Origin: Pyrinomonadaceae bacterium
GTDB lineage: Bacteria > Acidobacteriota > Blastocatellia > Pyrinomonadales > Pyrinomonadaceae
DNA: 64,000 nt
Direction of reading: 5' to 3'
Assembly (NCBI GenBank): GCA_036386415.1
Contig: DASVVT010000088.1
Location: 1-64,000, forward strand
Numbering within the stretch: position 1 is the stretch's first letter; each line of letters opens with the position of its first letter. The notes beneath the pieces were generated by a model that saw only the letters and a program-made list of their open reading frames with translations, was not told where the DNA came from and did not search any database. Shown piece by piece: positions 36,177 to 44,287 of the stretch. Made by a program: the position numbers and the translations under genes.

Positions 36177-38021
36177 TTGATGAAAATCTCCCGGCATCCG
36201 CTTCTCACCCGCTCTCACGCAAAGATTGAAAGCAGCCGCCACCAACACCACGCCGCTCTCATCTGCGTCCTCTTCGCCTGTTTATCTCTGGCCGCCAACA
36301 CGAGCGCGCAAACATCCGTCTCGACAAAGACGCCTGATACGGCGTCTCAGACGGCGACGGCCTCGCGCGGCAAGTCAACCGTGCGCGGGCGCGTCGTCTA
36401 TGACGATACGGGGCGTCCTTTGCGCCGCGTGCAGATCAGGATTTATGACCCCGGCGCTATTGGTAACAGGCAGCAGCGGGGAGCCTGGACGGATGGTAAC
36501 GGCGAGTTCATGCTGAAGGATGTCGTCGCCGGTAAATACTACGTGCTCGTAGAAGCTCCTGGAATCATCAGGCAGGAGGCTTTCAACCCAGAAGGTGATC
36601 TGTCCGATATAGCGACCGCTTCAGTCAATGGCGTAAACAGCGCTGAGGTGAAGATTCGCGTCCGGCGCGGCGGCGTCATCTCAGGCAAGGTCACATACCC
36701 GGACGGAGACCCAGCCATCGGCGCGACGCTCAACATTATGCGGAGAAAGGGAGGGAAGCTGTTCCCTGTCCATGTGAGCGAAGATTGCGGCAACGGCATT
36801 CAGACGGATGAGCGCGGCTTCTATCGCATTTCCGGTCTGCCGACTGGCGAATACGTCATCGGCGCAGCCGAACAGAAGATGCGCGAGGTCAGCCAGGAGA
36901 ACGGTGAGGGGACGATCCTTCACCGCGCGTCGCTGGGGATGACCTACTATGAGGGAGGCACAACAATCCGTGACGCCTCTCCCATTCAGGTGGACGCAGG
37001 AAACGAAATCAACAATATCAACATCACACTCATTGAACGGAGCACACATAGAATATCCGGCACTGTGACGATGCGCGGCACAGGTCGCCCGGTCACACGT
37101 GCCATGATTAGCCTCCAGGGTAAAGACGAGGCAGACGGCACACCATCCTACCTTGAAACGCAGACCGCAGACTCCGATGCGCAAGGACGATGGTCTTTGG
37201 ACGATATTGAAGAGGGCACGTACACACTGACCTTCTCTCCGGCGAGAGATCATGAAGGCTATCTCTTGAGGACACCGGATTCGACAGTCCGCTCCAACAC
37301 AGCGCCACAGCCGTTCATCGTCAAACACCAGGACGTGACGGTTGGCGGCGGCGACCTGACGGGTCTCGTGATCGAAGTATCTACGGGCGGGCGCATTTCG
37401 GGTACGGTCACGGTCGAGGGGAATCATCCGCTTCCGCCGAACATCGCTATCTATGTGGAAACGGCCAGCGCAGAGAGACCCGTTTCATACGCCAACGCGG
37501 TGCGCGTCCGTCAGGATGGAACGTTCACGGCAGACGGTATCCCGTCCGAAGGCATCTGGATCAGGGCGTTTTCGTGGCAGGACCGCAACAAGTACTACAC
37601 CAAGTCAGTCACAGCCAATGGCGTAGACCTGATGAGCGAGCCGCTGATAGTTAAAGATGGAAGCGAAGTCCAGGGCGTGCGGGTCTTGATCTCGACGGAG
37701 ATAGCGACGCTCACAGGGCGCGTCCTCGCCGGAGACGGGGGCACACACTTCTTGCGCGGCGCAGTCGTCGTACTCATCCCGGCAGAACCGCACAAGCAAC
37801 GCATCCGTAACGCACGGCTCAACGGATACACGAACGCAGAGGGCGGTTTTACCATCATGGGCGCGCCGGGCGAATACATGGTGATCGTCCTGCGCCCCGG
37901 CACAGAGCCGTACGCGCTCGGCGATCAAAGTCTCAAAGCGCTGATGGCAAACGCGCAGCGCATCACTTTGCAGGCGAACGAGCGCAAGACGATGGACTTC
38001 ATCGCACCTGCAAGCAAGTGA
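36177..38021 (+). CDS. Secreted carboxypeptidase-regulatory-like-domain (CarboxypepD_reg/Cna-B-like) repeat protein
   Basis: Signal peptide. Repeated RGRVVYDDTGRPL…, ISGKVTYPDGDPAIGATLNI and ISGTVT beta-sandwich modules. Paralog of the next gene. Confidence 0.65.
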   Translation: MMKISRHPLLTRSHAKIESSRHQHHAALICVLFACLSLAANTSAQTSVSTKTPDTASQTATASRGKSTVRGRVVYDDTGRPLRRVQIRIYDPGAIGNRQQRGAWTDGNGEFMLKDVVAGKYYVLVEAPGIIRQEAFNPEGDLSDIATASVNGVNSAEVKIRVRRGGVISGKVTYPDGDPAIGATLNIMRRKGGKLFPVHVSEDCGNGIQTDERGFYRISGLPTGEYVIGAAEQKMREVSQENGEGTILHRASLGMTYYEGGTTIRDASPIQVDAGNEINNINITLIERSTHRISGTVTMRGTGRPVTRAMISLQGKDEADGTPSYLETQTADSDAQGRWSLDDIEEGTYTLTFSPARDHEGYLLRTPDSTVRSNTAPQPFIVKHQDVTVGGGDLTGLVIEVSTGGRISGTVTVEGNHPLPPNIAIYVETASAERPVSYANAVRVRQDGTFTADGIPSEGIWIRAFSWQDRNKYYTKSVTANGVDLMSEPLIVKDGSEVQGVRVLISTEIATLTGRVLAGDGGTHFLRGAVVVLIPAEPHKQRIRNARLNGYTNAEGGFTIMGAPGEYMVIVLRPGTEPYALGDQSLKALMANAQRITLQANERKTMDFIAPASK

Positions 38022-38075
38022 AAGCGCCGGAGCAATTCTTGAGGCTCAAACAGTCAAAAGACGGAGAGATTTATC

Positions 38076-39893
38076 ATGAACCCTTCAAGATTGGCTGACA
38101 ACAAGAGTGGCGGAAAAAGTTTTCGGTACGCCATGATGCATGTCTTCGTGCTCCTCATCTCAATCGCATGTCTCGCCAGCCGCGCCAGCGCGCAATCGCC
38201 CGCCAACACCTCGCCGCAGCCGGGTAGCGGTCTTGACGCTACAGCTAATGCACAGACTGGCACGCAAGGGCGTTCGGTCTTGCGTGGGCGCGTCGTCTAC
38301 GAAGAGAGCGGGCGACCTTTGAGCGACACGTCTGTTGCAATCTTCAGGATGACTCAACCGCATCAGGGCTACGGCGCGATGACCGATGCGCGCGGCGAAT
38401 TTAAGGTGGAGAATCTGCCTGCGGGCAAGTATGCAGTCATGGCCGACGGCCCCGACATTATGGAAGCAGGATTCCTACTTCAGTCTTCGGAGAGCACTAC
38501 TGAAAGACCAATCGTTGAGCTTGACGGAACGAGCGCGGCTTCAGTGCAGGTTCGCGTCCGGCGCGGCGGCGCGATCACAGGTCAGGTCACACGCGCCGAC
38601 GGCAGCCCCGCCGTCGATGCCTTGATTATGCTCATGATTAAAAGGGACGGTCGCATGCTCCCGTTCAAGCGTCGCAACGTGCGTACAGATAAGCAGGGCT
38701 TTTATCGCTTCGGCGGTTTGCCGACCGGCGACTACATAGTTAGCGCAGACGAGTCGTATGAAGAAGTGCAGGCTGATGAAACGCCACGGGACACCAGCTA
38801 CGGAACACTGGTCGGCACTCTCTACCCCGGCACGACCAAAATCAGCGACGCCACGACCGTCCACGTTCAGGAAGGCGGAGAAACGAGCGGCATTAACATC
38901 ACACTCATCAAGCGTGCGACCCACAGAGTCTACGGCACGATCCGCACGCTGCGCGGCGGACTCCCGCGCGGGGAGGCCAGCATCTCCATCCGCGAGAAGG
39001 ATGAGACGCGCAACCTGTCTGCGCTCGAGCAGATAAAGCCGGTTGATGCCGAGGGCAGATGGTGGTTCGACGGTGTGCCTGACGGCACGTATATCTTAAA
39101 CGTCATCCCCAGTGGCAAGCGTCCAGCCGGTTCCGTAGATACGCTGGAGCACGCACAACTTCGCGAGGAGCTTGTCTACCCGTTCCTCTATAAACGTCAG
39201 GAAGTGACGGTGGCGGGTGCTGATCTCAAAGACCTTGTCATAGAGCTATCCGAGGGCGCGAGCGTTTCCGGGACTATCGAGACGGAAAACGGCCAGCCTC
39301 TCCCGCCGGATATAAGCATCGGTGCGCAAGCGGACTTTGCAGTTTCTGCTGCGGCTCGCGTCCGGCCCGACAGAACCTTCAAGCTTCAGGGCATACCGGC
39401 AGGAAACGTTTACCCCTACATCTATACCACTTCGTTCGGCGAGTCTTCGATGAAGGTGATGTTTGACGAGTATTACGTGAAGTCGATCTACGTGGGCGGC
39501 ATAGAACTACAGGGCGAGCCGCTCAAGGTTGAAGAGGGAGCGGAGATTAAAGGCGTGCGCATGGTGATCTCGCGCGAGGTGGCAACGGTGACGGGACATG
39601 TGCGCTCAGCAAAAGATGGCACACCCCAGCGCGGAATCAACGTCGTGCTGCTGCCCACAGACCCCGCACGCCAGCGAGCCGTCAAAGGGCTGCCCTTTGG
39701 ATTCACAAACGCGAAGGGAGCTTTTAGCGCCAGCGGCCCGCCCGGCGAATATTTTGTGGTGGCCTTTGGGGAGAGCGACCTGCCTGTCACCGATGAAAAG
39801 ATCAAAGCGCTCGCCGCCGTCGCCCCGCGCGTTCGGCTTCAACCGAATGAGCGCAAGACCGTAGACCTCACCAGGCAAGAAAGTAAGAAATGA
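38076..39893 (+). CDS. Secreted carboxypeptidase-regulatory-like-domain repeat protein (tandem paralog)
   Basis: Same module order as 36177..38021 (RGRVVYEESGRPL…, ITGQVTRADGSPAVDALIML…). The TGA stop lies inside the left arm of the hairpin at 39889. Confidence 0.65.
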   Translation: MNPSRLADNKSGGKSFRYAMMHVFVLLISIACLASRASAQSPANTSPQPGSGLDATANAQTGTQGRSVLRGRVVYEESGRPLSDTSVAIFRMTQPHQGYGAMTDARGEFKVENLPAGKYAVMADGPDIMEAGFLLQSSESTTERPIVELDGTSAASVQVRVRRGGAITGQVTRADGSPAVDALIMLMIKRDGRMLPFKRRNVRTDKQGFYRFGGLPTGDYIVSADESYEEVQADETPRDTSYGTLVGTLYPGTTKISDATTVHVQEGGETSGINITLIKRATHRVYGTIRTLRGGLPRGEASISIREKDETRNLSALEQIKPVDAEGRWWFDGVPDGTYILNVIPSGKRPAGSVDTLEHAQLREELVYPFLYKRQEVTVAGADLKDLVIELSEGASVSGTIETENGQPLPPDISIGAQADFAVSAAARVRPDRTFKLQGIPAGNVYPYIYTTSFGESSMKVMFDEYYVKSIYVGGIELQGEPLKVEEGAEIKGVRMVISREVATVTGHVRSAKDGTPQRGINVVLLPTDPARQRAVKGLPFGFTNAKGAFSASGPPGEYFVVAFGESDLPVTDEKIKALAAVAPRVRLQPNERKTVDLTRQESKK

Positions 39894-39985
39894 TGAATGC
39901 GGAATGCGGAATGATGAATTAAGAACAGAACCGAAAGGAACGGCTTCCTTCTTTTCATTCATCATTCCGCATTCCGCATTCATCA
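39889..39985. repeat. Perfect 31-bp hairpin built from AATGMKG heptamers (singleton)
   Basis: AATGATGAATGCGGAATGCGGAATGATGAAT -35 nt loop- ATTCATCATTCCGCATTCCGCATTCATCATT. Confidence 0.85.
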
Positions 39986-40162
39986 TTTGCTTTTTCGTTT
40001 GATCTGGCTACAATGATGTGGTCGCAAACGGCATGGGCCATACTCACCGTCTACGCCAATTATCAATCAAAGTTTCCCCCGGCCCTTTTGCCCTCCCGGA
40101 AATTTTCGCTCTCCCGCCTGTTTCCCCGTAAGCGTTTGGTTGTGGCTTGAGAAATCTGCGAG

Positions 40163-40612
40163 GTGTCTAGCGAAATGGCTGAACTGTTGCGCGCACTCGC
40201 CGCACGGCTGCACAGGTACATAGGTGATCGTCGTCGCGCCCCACGACACGGGGTGCGCCTGGCCGTCACTCTCTGGCTGCCTGACGGCCCGCTCAATTCA
40301 AACGGCGTGCGCCGACGCTCGCCCGTGCTTGAGGGCTTCACACGCGATGTGAGCGCAACCGGGCTGGCGCTCATCCTGCCCGCCATTCGCATCGGCGAAC
40401 ACTACCTGATCGGCGAAGGCCGCAACCTGCGCCTCCGGCTTGAACTTCCGACGGGGGCGATCCAGATGGATGTCACTCCCGTGCGCTACGAGCGTCTTGA
40501 AGAGGAGCAGGCGGAAAAGGGCTACCTCATCGGCGTCCTGATCGCGGAGATGAGCGACGAAGATCGCCAACGCTACAACGAAGGAATGAAAACAGTAGAC
40601 AGTAGCCAGTAG
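40163..40612 (+). CDS. PilZ-domain c-di-GMP-binding protein
   Basis: RRRAPRHGVRL (RxxxR) and DVSATGLAL (DxSxxG) PilZ motifs. The last 5 codons and the TAG stop lie in repeat C. Confidence 0.7.
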   Translation: MSSEMAELLRALAARLHRYIGDRRRAPRHGVRLAVTLWLPDGPLNSNGVRRRSPVLEGFTRDVSATGLALILPAIRIGEHYLIGEGRNLRLRLELPTGAIQMDVTPVRYERLEEEQAEKGYLIGVLIAEMSDEDRQRYNEGMKTVDSSQ

Positions 40613-40740
40613 TCAGTAGCCAGTAGAAAAGAAAATCGGTTGATGCGGTTGATACGGCTCATCTAACTTCATAGTAGGCAGCAAAGCTTGATGCCCTGCT
40701 TTCGTTTCTACTGGCTACTGACTACTGGCTACTGTCTACT
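40594..40740. repeat. AGTAGTC-heptamer hairpin element, copy C (perfect 33-bp stem)
   Basis: AGTAGACAGTAGCCAGTAGTCAGTAGCCAGTAG / exact reverse complement at 40707-40740. Loop AAAAGAAAATCGGTTGATGCGGTTGATACGGCTCATCT…. Confidence 0.95.
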
Positions 40741-41389
40741 CCTCCTCAAACCCGAGCCAGCCGAAGACTTCCGGCACGTGAAAGTTGGGCTGCGCGGTGC
40801 GCGTCGGTTGCCAGGCGAGGTAGCCGCGCTCCGGGCCTGCGCCGACGCAGCGAAAGAGGTTTACGCGCCAGCGCTCCCCAGCCTGCGGCGCATGCGGAAA
40901 AGCCCTCCAGGGCACGCGCATGGCAATCGTCACACGGGCTTCAAGGATACGCGCGGCGGCTGACATTCCTGAACGGTATTGCCAGTCTGTCTCGCGCGCT
41001 GCTCGTTTCTGCCGGATCGCCAGGTCCAGCCATTCGCCCGTCGGCGCGGCCTCGAACTCGAAATAACGCTCAGGCTCACGCGCCTCCACGGCGACGAAGA
41101 TTTCGCACACGTCGCGCTCCCAGAGGCCGACTGTTTTCTCTTCTCTCTGCGGCGCGGCGCTCATCACGAGAGGTTCATCCTGACGACAGTCGAAGCGCAC
41201 ACACAGCGCCGTCTCCGACCACAGGATGCGCACCTTTGCCTGACGTCCGGCAGGGGCTTCCTCGCCAGACCAGTATCGCTTGATGTGAACAGGAGACGCC
41301 CCCTCCCATTCGTCGTGATCCAGATCGGAGGCCATCACATCCGCGCTCGCACGATGCGCGACGATCAAATCGGAAGTCTCAGTTACCAT
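40736..41389 (-). CDS. Hypothetical protein (possibly a CBM9-like carbohydrate-binding fold) bracketed by repeat copies C and D
   Basis: 217-aa ORF with normal codon usage and several conserved Trp. The stop lies in the right arm of repeat C and the start is 5 nt from repeat D. Confidence 0.45.
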   Translation of the reverse strand: MVTETSDLIVAHRASADVMASDLDHDEWEGASPVHIKRYWSGEEAPAGRQAKVRILWSETALCVRFDCRQDEPLVMSAAPQREEKTVGLWERDVCEIFVAVEAREPERYFEFEAAPTGEWLDLAIRQKRAARETDWQYRSGMSAAARILEARVTIAMRVPWRAFPHAPQAGERWRVNLFRCVGAGPERGYLAWQPTRTAQPNFHVPEVFGWLGFEEE

Positions 41390-41393
41390 ATTT

Positions 41394-41535
41394 AGTAGAC
41401 AGTAGTCGGTAGACAGCAGACAGTAGAAAAGAAAATCTGTTGACGCGGTTGATGCTGCTCATCTCAATCATCGTAGGCAACGTAGTAGATACTCTGTTTT
41501 ATCTACTGCCTACTGACTACTGACTACTGTCTACT
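41394..41535. repeat. AGTAGTC-heptamer hairpin element, copy D
   Basis: Arms AGTAGACAGTAGTCGGTAGACAGCAGACAGTAG / CTACTGCCTACTGACTACTGACTACTGTCTACT (imperfect). Loop AAAAGAAAATCTGTTGACGCGGTTGATGCTGCTCATCT…. Confidence 0.9.
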
Positions 41536-42086
41536 TCTTCCATTGTTCCAGCGCATCCATGCAGGTCTTGAGCAGGCGTGCCGGATCGTCATTATGAAAG
41601 ACGCTCGCACCAGTTTTCTTGGGCAACGTTTGAAGAAGACGGGCGACTTCATCGGCGACACCTCCCGTCCCCGTCAGGCAGCCGATGATGCGACCCTCGT
41701 CGTGGGCGATGGTGAATTCGTTGAGTGCGCCCATCGAGCCTCCGATGACGATCACTATATCGCATGACCGCACGAGCACGACGTTGCGTCCCTTGAGCCC
41801 GAAGCCCGTGTAGATGATGAGGTCGCAGGCGTCCACCGGAAGCCCGTAAGCGCCAATGTGCTCGTGCTCGTTCGCGGCAGGCGAGACGCCGACGTGGAGC
41901 CCGCCCGCTTCATGCGCGGCGCGCCCCGCGATGTCAGGCAATCCCGTCGTCGCACCCGTCAGCAGCACCAGACCGCGCGCGGCGCACTGTCGTCCGAGCG
42001 CTTCCGATTTCTCACGCACAGCAACAGCTACGCCCCCTGCTGGCAGCGTATCGTCTGCCGAACCCATGATGCCGACCTTAATCTTC
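41531..42086 (-). CDS. TIGR00725/LOG-like Rossmann-fold protein (lysine-decarboxylase-like family)
   Basis: MKIKVGIMGSA… N-terminus, GGSMGALNEF (compare the LOG PGGxGTxxE motif). The ORF-track start at 42145 is probably a spurious extension. The stop lies in the right arm of repeat D. Confidence 0.6.
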
Positions 42087-42145
42087 ATGAAAAGCAGGAG
42101 ACAGAATACAGAATACAGGAGACAGAATAAAACCGTAGGGGCCAT

Positions 42146-42241
42146 TTAAACGCAGAGGACGCAAAGGTATTTCGCAAAGGAGGCCAAAGAGTAAATCCTC
42201 TGCGTACTCTGCGTAGAACCTTTGCGCCCTCTGCGTTTAAA
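42146..42241. repeat. CGCAAAG-type hairpin element, copy G3
   Basis: TTTAAACGCAGAGGACGCAAAGGTATTTCGCAAAGG … CCTCTGCGTACTCTGCGTAGAACCTTTGCGCCCTCTGCGTTTAAA. The TAA stop of the MFS gene lies in the terminal TTTAAA. Confidence 0.85.
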
Positions 42242-43607
42242 TTGCGCTCGTCTGAGGCGTTTCCTCTGTTTCCTCTGCATCACGCGCGTCGTTCCACCAC
42301 CGCTCCGTGGTGAACCAGAGCGCGCCGGGCACTAGAAAAAGAAGGCCGATGCCGACGGTCACGGTACGCGGCGAGAACTGGAAGCGGTCGAGCAGCTCGC
42401 CCGTCACGTAATTCGAGGCGGCCATCGTCAGCGTGAACAGTGCCAGCTCGGCGGCAAAGACGCGCCCGCGAAAGTTGTCTTCGACCACGCGTTGCAGCAG
42501 CACCGTCGAGAAGACCCAGAGGATGCTGCCGCCCATGTGAGCGACGAGCAGCACCAGGAGTGCCACCATGAAGTTCGTCGCCCGACCGAAAGCGATGTAG
42601 AAGATACCGCCCATGATGAATGCGCCGCCGATAGCGCGTTGCATGTCCCAGCGCATTTCACCACTAAAGCGCCGGGCAGCGAGCGGCCCGATGGCCGTGC
42701 CGATTCCGCGCGCCGCGTAGAGCACGCCGATTCCGGTCGCGGTGCTGCCGCCGACGGGAAAAATCTTTTCGCCGAAGACGGCCAGCAGAGCGAGTATGCC
42801 GCCGCCCAATCCCCAGGCCGGTTTGACCAGCATCAGGGCGAGCACGCGCGGGCGCTTTAACACGTAGCGCATACCATCCAACGTATCCGTGATCCCGAGC
42901 GCATGCTTGATGGTCAGCCTACGCTTAACGCGCGGCTCTCGTCCGGGGAAGCGCACCCTGGCGATGAGGGCTGCCGAAGCGAGATAGGTCAGCGAATCGA
43001 GCACGAAGGCTGCGTCCGTGCCGAACCAACCCGTGACCACGCCGCCAATTGCTGCGCCCAGCGTGAGCATGACAGACCAGGTGACAGACGAGATGGCGTT
43101 TGCCGCGACCAGCTCGCGCGGCGCGACGAGAGACGGAATGGCAGCCGTTTTCGCCGGTTCGAAGAAGGTCGAAAAGACCAGTTGCAGAACCGTCAGCGCG
43201 TAGACGAGCCACATCTGGTCAGGACGGCGCACCAGCAGAAACCCGAGCACGACTATGGCGCGCAAGAGGTCTGACACGATCATGATCGAGCGACGGCTGA
43301 AGCGATCCGCAACGACGCCAGAGAGCGGTCCCAAAATGAAGCTCGGCACAAAGCGCGCCACAAGGACGAGGCCGACGGCGCGACCCGACCCCGTCAGGTT
43401 CAGGACAATCGTGTAGAGGGCGATGGTGTCGAACCAGTCACCCATCTGGCTGACGACCTGGCCTAGCCAGAGCTGCCGGAAATTGCGGTTCGTGCGAAGC
43501 AGCTCGAGATAGCCGACCGCTCGCCTTTCACCTGCGCTCAACGTCTCACCTTCCGCTTTCAATATTGAAAGAGGGTGCACCCTTGAGAAAACGGTTGTCA
43601 ACCGCAC
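42237..43607 (-). CDS. MFS transporter
   Basis: 12-TM pattern with MFS signature loops (…GPLSGVVADRFSRR…). Confidence 0.8.
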   Translation of the reverse strand: MRLTTVFSRVHPLSILKAEGETLSAGERRAVGYLELLRTNRNFRQLWLGQVVSQMGDWFDTIALYTIVLNLTGSGRAVGLVLVARFVPSFILGPLSGVVADRFSRRSIMIVSDLLRAIVVLGFLLVRRPDQMWLVYALTVLQLVFSTFFEPAKTAAIPSLVAPRELVAANAISSVTWSVMLTLGAAIGGVVTGWFGTDAAFVLDSLTYLASAALIARVRFPGREPRVKRRLTIKHALGITDTLDGMRYVLKRPRVLALMLVKPAWGLGGGILALLAVFGEKIFPVGGSTATGIGVLYAARGIGTAIGPLAARRFSGEMRWDMQRAIGGAFIMGGIFYIAFGRATNFMVALLVLLVAHMGGSILWVFSTVLLQRVVEDNFRGRVFAAELALFTLTMAASNYVTGELLDRFQFSPRTVTVGIGLLFLVPGALWFTTERWWNDARDAEETEETPQTSAI

Positions 43608-43612
43608 GGAGA

Positions 43613-43715
43613 TTTAAACGCAAAGGACGCAAAGGCTCTTCGCAAAGGGCGCAGAGAAAGAAGAACCTCTTTGCGCGCCTCCAGCGTCTTCCTCCTTCGC
43701 GTCCTTTGCGTTTAA
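43613..43715. repeat. CGCAAAG-type hairpin element, copy G4
   Basis: TTTAAACGCAAAGGACGCAAAGGCTCTTCGCAAAGGGCGCAGAG … CCTCTTTGCGCGCC…TTCGCGTCCTTTGCGTTTAAA. Confidence 0.85.
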
Positions 43716-44287
43716 ATCCTTCCTCACCAGAACGGTTTCAAAAGGTTTCAGTCACAGCGTTGACCGAAATTATCAATCTGACCTATCAGATTGACGAACA
43801 ACTTCGTCCTGCGGCCTCACGTCGGAGAGCGATCTGCTTGCGATAAGCGCAGTGCCTTGCAGCATTTAGCTCATCCCGGTCGTCTCTCGCAAACTCGCGG
43901 CACATGGTTTGTTAAGTATCAGTGCGCGGCTCGAAGCGCCCTTAAAAAAGCGCTTCCCGAACTCTCCGCACGGAGTTCGGCTGAGGGCCGCGCCAAATTT
44001 GAAAAGCTGTAGCGTCCCCGTAACTTTTCCGGCGCTCTCATGGCCGGATCAATGACGCTCAAATGGACCCACTCACCCCCAGACAGGCGGGAACATGCGT
44101 TACCACAGCCCGCCGCTTGCCCCGTCCTATGCCGGAAGCGAGAGCTGAGTTGCTCCCAGCAATCGCTTCCGGCGATGGACTTTTTTGACAAATACCACGC
44201 GATCAGGCGTCCCGTGTGGCCGCGAGTGTGAATGGTTAAGCATAGAGAGAACGCACAGAGGGCGAAGTTCATCATCCGGACTGGAGA

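Noticed and set aside
42087-42145. N-terminal extension MAPTVLFCLLYSVFCLLLF of the LOG-like ORF
   Set aside because: Encoded by AT-rich intergenic/element sequence. The homologous family starts at MKIKVGIMGS.
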